Positions 42,610 to 50,564 of a DNA stretch of 50,564 nucleotides are shown here, one piece after another. Source of the DNA: Cytophagales bacterium (GTDB taxonomy: Bacteria; Bacteroidota; Bacteroidia; Cytophagales; Microscillaceae); the NCBI GenBank assembly GCA_013298075.1, contig JAAFJG010000030.1, positions 1 through 50,564 on the forward strand, in the 5' to 3' direction. The notes under the pieces were generated by a model. That model had not been told where the DNA came from. It worked only from the letters and a program-made list of their open reading frames with translations, and searched no databases. A program made the position numbers and the translations under genes. Positions within the stretch are counted from its first letter, which is position 1; each line of letters starts with the position of its first letter.

Positions 42610-43974
42610 ATGCCAACACAAAATTTTCGCTTCGGCAATCATACAGATATAGGCAAAGTCCGCACACAAAATGAGGATTATATGGGCTTTTTTGAAAATC
42701 AAAATGGGTCATTTTTTGTCGTCTGTGATGGTATGGGTGGACACGCAGGCGGAGCAACTGCCTCACAAACCACCGTTCAATCTATCAAAGATTTTTTTTC
42801 GCAAGATACTTTTACAGATACAAAACAAGCACTTTATCAAGCCATTACGCAAGCCAATTTAAAAGTTTATGAAAAGGCATTGAACGATAGAAGTTTGAGT
42901 GGAATGGGAACAACTTGTGTCGTTTTAGCTATCAAAGACAATAAAATTTATTACGCACACGTAGGCGATAGTCGTTTGTATATGTATATGAATGGCGAAT
43001 TGGTGCGGCTAACTCAAGACCATTCTGTCGTGCAAAATTTGGTGGCACAAGGCATTATCACAGAGGAAGAGGCAGAAACTCATCCACGCAGAAATGAATT
43101 GATGCGAGCAGTTGGAACGAGTTCTTTTGTTGATGTGGAAGTTTGTAAAGATATTTATATCCCCAAAAAAGGAGATACATTTTTGTTGTGTTCTGATGGT
43201 TTGTGTGGACTTTTGAGTGATGCAGGAATCAAAGAAATATTAGAAAAACCAATAGATTTACAAAGAAAATGTTTGCAATTAGTCGAAACAGCCAATGCTT
43301 TGGGTGGATACGATAATATTACGGTGCAACTCATAGAAATTACGAAAAATGCGGATTTTAGTGTGCCAATTGAAGACGATTTTGTGCCTGCTTCAATTGG
43401 CAAAACTGCTATTAAAGGTAAAATAGATGCACAAGCGATAGAAGAAATTCCCGAAAAAACAATTAAAAGACGACAACAAATAGACACCATTATAAATATG
43501 GATACTGATTCTGAAAGTTTTGATTTTGCTCCTTATCTCACCAAAATTTTTATTGGTTTGTTGATATGTGTGGGCGTGTATGTTTTGTATGAAAAAACAT
43601 TAGGAAAATATAAAATTTTTGGTACTACAGGAGATATAAAAGGCGATAGCGTAAAAGCCATTGGTTTGCAAAATCAATTTTATGGATACGTTTATAATTC
43701 GAGTCCTGCTTTACAAAATGCTAAAAAAAATTATGATGTTGTCAAAAAAGAAATCAATGAATTGAGAGAACTCAAAAACGAATTATTGAAACGAAAAACT
43801 GAGTTCGAAACAATTAGAAATTCATTATCAGAAGAAAAAATAACAGAAATGGCAAAGCGTTATGGCTCAAAAGTAGAATGGATTTTGAAAGCAAATCAAG
43901 TGCAAAAAACGAGTGATTTGATAGGGCGTGATTCTTTAATTGTGCCAAAAGAAAGACCAGCAGGGGCAGAATAA
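42610..43974 (+). CDS. PP2C-family Ser/Thr protein phosphatase with a central TM segment and a C-terminal LysM-like domain
   Basis: PP2C motifs 'FVVCDGMGGHAGGATAS' and 'LLCSDGL'. A hydrophobic 'IFIGLLICVGVYVLY' segment is present. The C-terminal 'ITEMAKRYGSKVEWILKANQVQKTSDLIGRDSLIVP' resembles LysM. Confidence 0.7.
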   Translation: MPTQNFRFGNHTDIGKVRTQNEDYMGFFENQNGSFFVVCDGMGGHAGGATASQTTVQSIKDFFSQDTFTDTKQALYQAITQANLKVYEKALNDRSLSGMGTTCVVLAIKDNKIYYAHVGDSRLYMYMNGELVRLTQDHSVVQNLVAQGIITEEEAETHPRRNELMRAVGTSSFVDVEVCKDIYIPKKGDTFLLCSDGLCGLLSDAGIKEILEKPIDLQRKCLQLVETANALGGYDNITVQLIEITKNADFSVPIEDDFVPASIGKTAIKGKIDAQAIEEIPEKTIKRRQQIDTIINMDTDSESFDFAPYLTKIFIGLLICVGVYVLYEKTLGKYKIFGTTGDIKGDSVKAIGLQNQFYGYVYNSSPALQNAKKNYDVVKKEINELRELKNELLKRKTEFETIRNSLSEEKITEMAKRYGSKVEWILKANQVQKTSDLIGRDSLIVPKERPAGAE

Positions 43975-44041
43975 ACAGAAAAAAACTACATTAATTTTCT
44001 CAAAAAAATAATATATTTCACTAAAAAAAAATACAAAAAAA

Positions 44042-45223
44042 ATGGTTGCAACTGAAAATCAAACAACAGAACTTATTCCTCGTTCACTCTATTCAGAGGA
44101 ACATGTACAATTTGGAGAGGCTGTTGAGCAATTTATTCAATTAGAAATAACGCCTAATAATGCAGAATGGGAAAAAAATCACATGGTTTCGCGTGAATCT
44201 TGGACAAAATTAGGACAACAAGGTTTTTTAGCGATGCAAGTTCCTGAAGAATATGGCGGTTTGGGCATCAATGATTTTCGATTTAATATGATGTTTATCG
44301 AAAAATTAGGACATAGTGGCTGTGCAGGACCTGCGGTTGGTTATCCTTTACATTCTGATATTGTGTTGCCTTATATTTTGCATTATGGCAATGAAAAAAC
44401 AAAGCAAAAATACTTGCCTAAAATGGTTTTGGGGGAATATATTGGGGCGATTGCTCTGACGGAGCCTGGTGCGGGAAGTGATTTGCAAGGTATGCGTACC
44501 AGTGCGATTGACAAAGGTGATTATTATTTGGTGAATGGTTCTAAAACATTTATTACCAACGGATATTTGTCCGATGTGGTCGTGGTGGCTGCCAAAACTA
44601 ATCCACAATTAGGGGCAAAAGGAATTAGTATGTTGGTGATAGACAAAGATATGAAAGGATTTTCAAAAGGAAAACCATTTGATAAAATAGGTTTGCACGC
44701 ACAAGATACTTGTGAACTATTTTTTGACAATGTAGAAGTACCCAAAGAAAATTTATTGGGGCAAGAGGGAAGTGGTTTTGGATATATGATGACTGAATTG
44801 GCACAAGAAAGATTAGTGGTAGCACAATCAGCCGTTTCTTTGTCAGAAGCATACCTAAAAAGTACGATTGAATACGTCAAAGAAAGAATGGCTTTTGGTA
44901 AAAAAATCGCAGAGTTTCAAAATACGAGGTATAAATTAGCAGAATTAGCCACAGAAATTGCGATGGGACGTGTATTTATGGATAGATGTGTCGAACTCCA
45001 CAATGAAGGAAAATGTGATGCAGCAACCGCTTCGATGGCAAAATATAAATTAACAGATTTGCAATGCAAAGTCGCAGACGAATGTGTGCAGTTGCATGGG
45101 GGTTATGGGTATATGTGGGAATATTTGGTGGGGCGTGGTTATGCAGATGCCCGCGTACAACGTATATACGCAGGTACAAATGAAATTATGAAAGAACTTA
45201 TTTCAAGGAAAATTTTAAAATAA
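44042..45223 (+). CDS. Acyl-CoA dehydrogenase
   Basis: 393 aa with ACAD motifs ('ALTEPGAGSD', 'GSKTFITNG', and the C-terminal 'QLHGGYGY...RIYAGTNEI'). Confidence 0.9.
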   Translation: MVATENQTTELIPRSLYSEEHVQFGEAVEQFIQLEITPNNAEWEKNHMVSRESWTKLGQQGFLAMQVPEEYGGLGINDFRFNMMFIEKLGHSGCAGPAVGYPLHSDIVLPYILHYGNEKTKQKYLPKMVLGEYIGAIALTEPGAGSDLQGMRTSAIDKGDYYLVNGSKTFITNGYLSDVVVVAAKTNPQLGAKGISMLVIDKDMKGFSKGKPFDKIGLHAQDTCELFFDNVEVPKENLLGQEGSGFGYMMTELAQERLVVAQSAVSLSEAYLKSTIEYVKERMAFGKKIAEFQNTRYKLAELATEIAMGRVFMDRCVELHNEGKCDAATASMAKYKLTDLQCKVADECVQLHGGYGYMWEYLVGRGYADARVQRIYAGTNEIMKELISRKILK

Positions 45224-45447
45224 ATAATATGGTTTTTAATTTTTTATGATGTTTTTTTGTCAATGTAAATTTACAAAAATTATCAAAATATTTGTTCTTT
45301 TTATAAATGTTTTTCACTTAAAACATTAAAAATCAATATATTTAAAAAAATAAATTAAAAAAAAGACTTTTTTAAAACAAAATCTTGTTTTTTATTGTTA
45401 TATGTATAGGTTTTCATAATTGTAAGTTTTTGATTAGTTAGGTTTCA

Positions 45448-45488
45448 CAGACTCCAAAAATAATGTTTTTGGAGTCTGTTTTTTTTTG
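45448..45488 (+). terminator. Rho-independent terminator (cagactccaaaaa/tttttggagtctg + T10)
   Basis: Perfect 13-bp stem with a 5-nt loop, followed by a T-run, downstream of the acyl-CoA dehydrogenase gene. Confidence 0.6.
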
Positions 45489-45512
45489 ATAATTTTTATC
45501 AAACTTATAATT

Positions 45513-46922
45513 TTACAATAATTGATGCAATAAAAAATATAAACCACCTGCTCCCAAAATACAAACAGGCAAAGTCAGAACCCAAGCCAACGCAATATTT
45601 GTCAAAGTTTTTCTTTGTAAATTTTTCAATCCGCCTTGTGCCGCCATACTTCCTGCGACTCCTGATGAAAGTATGTGCGTAGTACTTACTGGCAACGAAT
45701 AAGCACTCGATAACAAAATTGTTCCTGCCGTTACCATTTCTGCAGATGCCCCTTGTGCATAATTAAGATGTGCTTTTCCAATTTTTTCACCAATCGTTAC
45801 CACAATTTTTTTCCAGCCAATCATTGTTCCCAAACCCAATGAAAGCGAAATAATCAATAAAACCCAATAAGGTGCATAATCTGTATTCGTTTTCAAATTT
45901 TCTAAAGCATATTTGAGTTTGCTGATTTCTTGTGGCGTGAAATTTAAAGAGGGGTGGTCAATATTTTTTTTGATTTTTTTATCAATTTCTAAAATATTTT
46001 TTCTAATAACAAATCTTTTTTCTTTGGGAATTTCATTTTTAGCAAAAGATACATTCAAAATTGTTCCGATTTCAGTAATTTTTTCTTTGGCGATATTTAT
46101 ATCTTTAGTAACTTTCGAATCGCTTAATTGTTTGTCTGTCAAAGTATTCACCATACTTGCCACTTCTTGCAATTCTTTTTGAATTTTATATGGATTTTGA
46201 TAATCTTGAATGGCAAAATAACCCGGAACAATCGCAATCAAAATCAACATCACCAACCCAACTCCTTTTTGTCCATCATTCGAACCGTGTGCAAAACTAA
46301 CGCCTGAGCAAGTCAAAATTAAAGTCGCCCTCACCCACCAAGGTGGATATTTAGTTACATCAGGCTCTACAAATAATTGTTCATTTTTCCTAAAAATATT
46401 CCGCAAAGTAAACATCATTAAAATCGTCATCACAAATCCAAAAATAGGCGAAAACATCAAAGATAAGCCAATATCACCTGCTTTGCTCCAGTTTACACTA
46501 CTCATATCGTTATGAATAAGTCCATAAGCCAAACCTACTCCCAAAATTGACCCTATCAATGTATGCGAACTTGAGCAGGGAATTCCATAATACCAAGTAC
46601 CTAAATTCCAAAGAATAGCCGTTAATATCAACGATAAAATCATTGCCATACTTTGATAGACATTCTGGTCGGTCAAAACTTGTGCGGGCAATAGATTGAT
46701 AATACCTACTGCAACGCCAATTCCTCCCGAAAAAACGCCCAAAAAATTTAATACGCCTGATAAAACTACTGCGTGCATAGGTTTGAGTGAATGGGTATAA
46801 ATCACTGTCGCTACTGCGTTGGCTGTATCATGAAAACCATTGATAAATTCAAAAGCACACGCCGCCAAAATGCAGATAATTAAAATAATCAATAAAGAGG
46901 TTTCTAAACCAAACATATACAA
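45513..46922 (-). CDS. Inorganic phosphate transporter, PiT (PHO4) family
   Basis: 469 aa with duplicated 'GxNDxxN'-type signatures ('NGFHDTANAVAT', 'HGSNDGQKGVG'), polytopic helices, and a large central hydrophilic loop. Confidence 0.85.
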   Translation of the reverse strand: MYMFGLETSLLIILIICILAACAFEFINGFHDTANAVATVIYTHSLKPMHAVVLSGVLNFLGVFSGGIGVAVGIINLLPAQVLTDQNVYQSMAMILSLILTAILWNLGTWYYGIPCSSSHTLIGSILGVGLAYGLIHNDMSSVNWSKAGDIGLSLMFSPIFGFVMTILMMFTLRNIFRKNEQLFVEPDVTKYPPWWVRATLILTCSGVSFAHGSNDGQKGVGLVMLILIAIVPGYFAIQDYQNPYKIQKELQEVASMVNTLTDKQLSDSKVTKDINIAKEKITEIGTILNVSFAKNEIPKEKRFVIRKNILEIDKKIKKNIDHPSLNFTPQEISKLKYALENLKTNTDYAPYWVLLIISLSLGLGTMIGWKKIVVTIGEKIGKAHLNYAQGASAEMVTAGTILLSSAYSLPVSTTHILSSGVAGSMAAQGGLKNLQRKTLTNIALAWVLTLPVCILGAGGLYFLLHQLL

Positions 46923-47497
46923 AAAATATACGTGAAAAATATGTTTTTATTTGCAGTGCAAAGGTATTGTTAAAAAACGATTAAAAAAACAAAGTGTATG
47001 TTATATTTAGGTTAAATTTTTATAAAATAAAAGTAGGCTCTTTGCCAATTAAATATTAAAATATAATTTTTTGTATATTTTTTTATCATTTTTTGTATTA
47101 TTCTAAGAAAAAAATAAAATTTAATTTTCTAAAAAAATCTCAAAACAACGCAAAACTTTACTCGAAATAAGACTTTCTTTTGTTTCTTCAAAAGCATTTT
47201 ACCAAGTTTTTCAGGATTTACTACACAACTAATACCAAAAACAGCATTTGTCAAAACAATATTTTTTATGCTTCTGTGCCATTATTTTTCAGAGTATTAA
47301 TAAAAAAAATTTGTTACTGTGATTAAAATATGGAAATGTTTTTTACATCAAAATATAGCATAATTCCTAAAAAATATAAGAAAAAACTTAATTGATTATT
47401 TATCACATAAAAAAATTACAGTAACAAAAATGAAAATAAAAAAAATTTTTTTTTAACAAATTTGAAGAAAAAAACATAATTTTATGCAAAAAATTTA

Positions 47498-47505
47498 TAC
47501 TTTTG
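47498..47505 (+). promoter_or_regulatory. Candidate -7 promoter box (TACTTTTG, matching TAnnTTTG) for gpsA
   Basis: Consensus match about 34 nt upstream of the gpsA start. Confidence 0.3.
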
Positions 47506-47538
47506 CAATTATAATCACTATATTTTTATCGATTCAAA

Positions 47539-48588
47539 TTGACAAATCTATTAAAAAATATTAGATTACGCCGAAAAAAACGTAAAACTAATGATATTAC
47601 TACCAATATTGCAGTCATCGGAGGTGGTAGCTGGGCAACTGCTCTGGTAAAAATGCTCTCAGAAAATAACACGATGATTCATTGGTGGATGCGCGACAAA
47701 CAAGCCGTCAAACATATCCAAAAATATCATCATAATCCTGCTTATTTGAGTGGAGTAACGATAAATAAACGAAAAGTAAAAGCAACTATGGATTTGAAAG
47801 AGGCTGTGAAAAATGCTGAATTTGTTCTGATTGTGGTGCCTGCTGCTTTTGTGGAAGATGCTTTAAAGCCATTGACTGCCGATGATTTGAAAGGAAAAAT
47901 AGTTATTTCTGCTGTAAAAGGCATTATTCCCGAAAAAAATTGGCTCGTAACCGAATTTATAGAAAAAACTTATCAAGTTCCCAAAGGAAAAATTGGCGTG
48001 GTTGCGGGTCCGTGTCATGCGGAAGAAGTCGCTTTAGAAAAACAATCTTATTTAACGATTGCGTCTGATGATTCGTTTACAGCCGAAAAAATTGCTCATC
48101 TTTTGGCTTGTCGATTTATTAAAACTTTTTTGAATGATGATTTATTGGGCGTAGAATATGCCGCAGTTATCAAAAATATTATTGCTTTAGCGTGTGGAAT
48201 TTGTCACGGACTAAATTATGGTGATAATTTTCAAGCCGTTTTAGTAACGAACTCGATGCTCGAAATTGAACGTTTTGTAGATAAAATTGCCCCACAAAAA
48301 CGCAACTTAAATACTTCTGCTTATTTGGGTGATTTGTTGGTAACTGCTTATTCGCAATTTAGTCGAAATAGAACTTTTGGTAATATGATTGGGCGCGGAT
48401 ATAACGTAAAATCTGCCCAAATGGAAATGAATATGATTGCAGAAGGTTATTATGCGGTGCGTTGTATTTATGAAATTAATAAAAAATTGCAAGTAAAAAT
48501 GCCGATTGTTGATGCAGTTTATCGTATTTTGTATGATAGAGCATTACCCACCGCAGAAATAAGACAATTAGCGGATTTATTATCTTGA
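47539..48588 (+). CDS. gpsA: NAD(P)H-dependent glycerol-3-phosphate dehydrogenase
   Basis: Rossmann motif 'IAVIGGGSWATALV' and GpsA C-terminal blocks ('EGYYAVRCIYEINKK'). No in-frame ATG precedes the Rossmann fold; the annotated start is TTG, so the true start is uncertain. Confidence 0.85.
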   Translation: MTNLLKNIRLRRKKRKTNDITTNIAVIGGGSWATALVKMLSENNTMIHWWMRDKQAVKHIQKYHHNPAYLSGVTINKRKVKATMDLKEAVKNAEFVLIVVPAAFVEDALKPLTADDLKGKIVISAVKGIIPEKNWLVTEFIEKTYQVPKGKIGVVAGPCHAEEVALEKQSYLTIASDDSFTAEKIAHLLACRFIKTFLNDDLLGVEYAAVIKNIIALACGICHGLNYGDNFQAVLVTNSMLEIERFVDKIAPQKRNLNTSAYLGDLLVTAYSQFSRNRTFGNMIGRGYNVKSAQMEMNMIAEGYYAVRCIYEINKKLQVKMPIVDAVYRILYDRALPTAEIRQLADLLS

Positions 48589-48606
48589 TAGATAAATAAT
48601 TTTTTT

Positions 48607-48647
48607 ACTTGGAGTTTGTCAAGTCTTCGATATTGACAACTCCAAGT
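48607..48647. terminator. Perfect palindromic hairpin (acttggagtttgtcaag-tcttcgata-ttgacaactccaagt) flanked by a T-run and an A-run; bidirectional terminator; member of the TTGTCAAG element family
   Basis: 16-bp perfect arms, with T6 upstream and A8 downstream, between the convergent gpsA and sdaA stops. Confidence 0.7.
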
Positions 48648-48707
48648 AAAAAAAATTTGAGAATAAAAAAACATACTGAATAAAAAATAAATCGTAGAAA
48701 AATAAAC

Positions 48708-50153
48708 CTAACATTCTGCCACAATCACAGGAATATTGATTGCTAAACCTCCTTCTGCTGTTTCTTTGTATTTATAATTCATATCCAAAGCCGTTGTCCA
48801 CATCGTTTTTACGATAGCATCTAACGAAACTTTGGCTGCTTTTGGGTCGCTTTCTAACGATAAATTAGCCGCTGTAATTGCCTTGACCGCTCCCATCGAA
48901 TTGCGTTCTATACAAGGAATTTGCACCAAACCACCGATTGGGTCGCAAGTTAAACCTAAATGATGTTCCATAGCAATTTCTGCTGCCATCAAAGATTGTT
49001 CAGGCGTTGCCCCCCAACATTCTGCCAAAGCACCTGCTGCCATTGCCGAAGAAACGCCTATTTCTGCCTGACAACCGCCCATCGCAGCCGAAATAGTAGA
49101 ACCTTTTTTGAAAATACAACCAATTTCGGAGGCGGTCAATAAAAAATGAATAATATCTTCGTCTTTTACGTTGGGAGTAAAACAAATATAATAAGCCAAA
49201 ACCGCAGGAATTACGCCCGCAGCCCCATTCGTGGGAGCAGTAACTACACGCCCAAAGGCTGCATTTTCTTCGTTTACCGCCAACGCAAAACAACTTACCC
49301 AACGCAAAATAGAGTTAAAATCTGCTTTATGTGTGCCAATATGTCTAAACCAATCATCAGCATTTGAAAAATTGGTATTGCCTTCTCCTAATAAATTGTG
49401 GTTAATTTTTTTGGCACGCCTAATTACTTGCAATCCGCCCGGCAAAATACCATCTATATATGCCCCTTTAAAAATACATTCTTTCATTGCTTTCCAGATG
49501 TTCAAAACGCCATTTTTGACCGCATCTATATCTCGCCAAGTCAATTCATTTTCCAATACAATTTCCCAAATAAGTTTTTTTTCTGTGGCGGTATATTTCA
49601 ATAAATCTTCTGCTTTTTGGATAGGAAAAGGCAAATCGACCAATTTATTATCTTGATTGCTGGTTTCTCCTTCTTTGGTTACAAAACCACCACCGATAGA
49701 ATAATAAGTTTCAGAAAATTGCTCCTCATTTGCGAGTGTAATGGTGAGTGTCATAGCGTTTGGGTGCGCAGGAAGAGATTTTTGGAAGTAAAAAACCAAA
49801 TCAGATTCATATACAAAAGACAACGAAAAGGTTCCTGCGACTTGTAACGTTTGATTTTTTTTGATAAAATCAATTTTTTCATTGATTTTAGAAGTGTCAG
49901 TTGTAACAGGGTCTTCGCCTATTAATCCCATCAAAACAGCAATATCAGTACCGTGTCCTTTGCCTGTTTTTGCCAATGATCCATATAAAAATACCTGTAT
50001 TTTTTGAATTTCATTGAGTTGATATTTTTTTTGGAAAGATGCCAAAAAATATTGTGCGGCACGCCAAGGTCCCATCGTATGCGAACTCGAAGGTCCTACG
50101 CCAATTTTAAAAATATCAAATATGCTTAAAGTTTCTTTGATGTCTGTTTTCAT
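48708..50153 (-). CDS. sdaA: L-serine dehydratase, iron-sulfur-dependent, single-chain
   Basis: 481 aa. It has '[12 protein letters not shown]' (beta-domain signature) and an alpha-domain Cys-rich region ('GGCQAEIG'). Confidence 0.9.
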   Translation of the reverse strand: MKTDIKETLSIFDIFKIGVGPSSSHTMGPWRAAQYFLASFQKKYQLNEIQKIQVFLYGSLAKTGKGHGTDIAVLMGLIGEDPVTTDTSKINEKIDFIKKNQTLQVAGTFSLSFVYESDLVFYFQKSLPAHPNAMTLTITLANEEQFSETYYSIGGGFVTKEGETSNQDNKLVDLPFPIQKAEDLLKYTATEKKLIWEIVLENELTWRDIDAVKNGVLNIWKAMKECIFKGAYIDGILPGGLQVIRRAKKINHNLLGEGNTNFSNADDWFRHIGTHKADFNSILRWVSCFALAVNEENAAFGRVVTAPTNGAAGVIPAVLAYYICFTPNVKDEDIIHFLLTASEIGCIFKKGSTISAAMGGCQAEIGVSSAMAAGALAECWGATPEQSLMAAEIAMEHHLGLTCDPIGGLVQIPCIERNSMGAVKAITAANLSLESDPKAAKVSLDAIVKTMWTTALDMNYKYKETAEGGLAINIPVIVAEC

Positions 50154-50516
50154 AGATATAAAAAAATAGGGTGAAATATTGATACAATATATTTAATTCG
50201 TTTACGCAAACGATTTCAATATAAAATTTTAGTGCAAATATTATATTTTTTTTGGAATATAAAAAAAAATATCCTCAAAAAAATATAAAATATTTAAAAG
50301 AATTGAATTATTATTTTTAATTTTGAAGAGAGAGAAATTTTGTTACTGTAATTTTTCGTATGGTAAACAAATAATAGGAGGTTTACTTGTAATTTTATGC
50401 AAATAAATTGATTTTATTTGTTAAAAAGTTATGATTATTTGTTACTGTAATTAAAAGTGTGTAAAATAATTTGGTTATTTTTTCGTTTGTTAGTTATCCA
50501 CAAAACAATTATAATT

Positions 50517-50564
50517 ATGGCACAAGTAGAATTTAAAATCACAAGAGATAATGGCTCTGTTATT
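50517..50564 (+). CDS. Start of an unidentified gene (MAQVEFKITRDNGSVI...), truncated by the window end
   Basis: An ATG lies in a good context after three copies of the TTGTTACTGTAATT motif. Only 16 codons are visible. Confidence 0.3.
   Translation, partial: MAQVEFKITRDNGSVI

Noticed and set aside
48960-49847. Cluster of 60-141-aa ORFs on the + strand inside sdaA
   Set aside because: All are antisense shadows of the well-supported L-serine dehydratase gene. Cys/Arg-rich low-complexity translations are typical of reverse-frame artefacts.

Overview
This is a very AT-rich (about 30% GC by eye) chromosomal segment with Bacteroidota hallmarks: the acpP-fabF-rnc gene order, TAnnTTTG-type -7 promoter boxes, and many exported proteins with 'NAQ'/'AQ' signal-peptide ends. 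The core is housekeeping genes: gcvP, gyrB, acpP-fabF-rnc, gpsA, sdaA, a PiT phosphate transporter, acyl-CoA dehydrogenase, crotonase, gamma-glutamyltranspeptidase and trpC. Among them sit several unusual elements. (1) A full-length bacterial homologue of the eukaryotic major vault protein (MVP, 823 aa), monocistronic and flanked by a repeat-rich intergenic region. (2) A canonical 202-aa mini-intein splitting gyrB. (3) A tandem array of three 1.7-kb paralogous AAA-ATPase-like/PD-(D/E)XK nuclease genes, the middle copy killed by a 1-nt deletion. (4) A compact operon of four extremely AT-rich genes that all encode exported proteins with no recognisable domains. (5) A small islet with a DUF262/DUF1524 (GmrSD-like type IV restriction) gene and a TetR-like regulator. 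(6) A 5'-truncated HExxH protein followed by a small secreted partner (toxin/immunity-like). (7) Several short interspersed repeat families: an 85-100 bp hairpin+T-tract element in three copies; a palindromic TTGTCAAG..CTTGACAA terminator-like family at five or more sites; and a 14-mer near-palindrome TTGTTACTGTAATT in four copies in two intergenic regions. (8) A GH3(NagZ)-beta-lactamase fusion protein. I found no rRNA, tRNA or CRISPR array. All calls come from reading the sequence and ORF translations and from remembered family signatures; no database search was possible.
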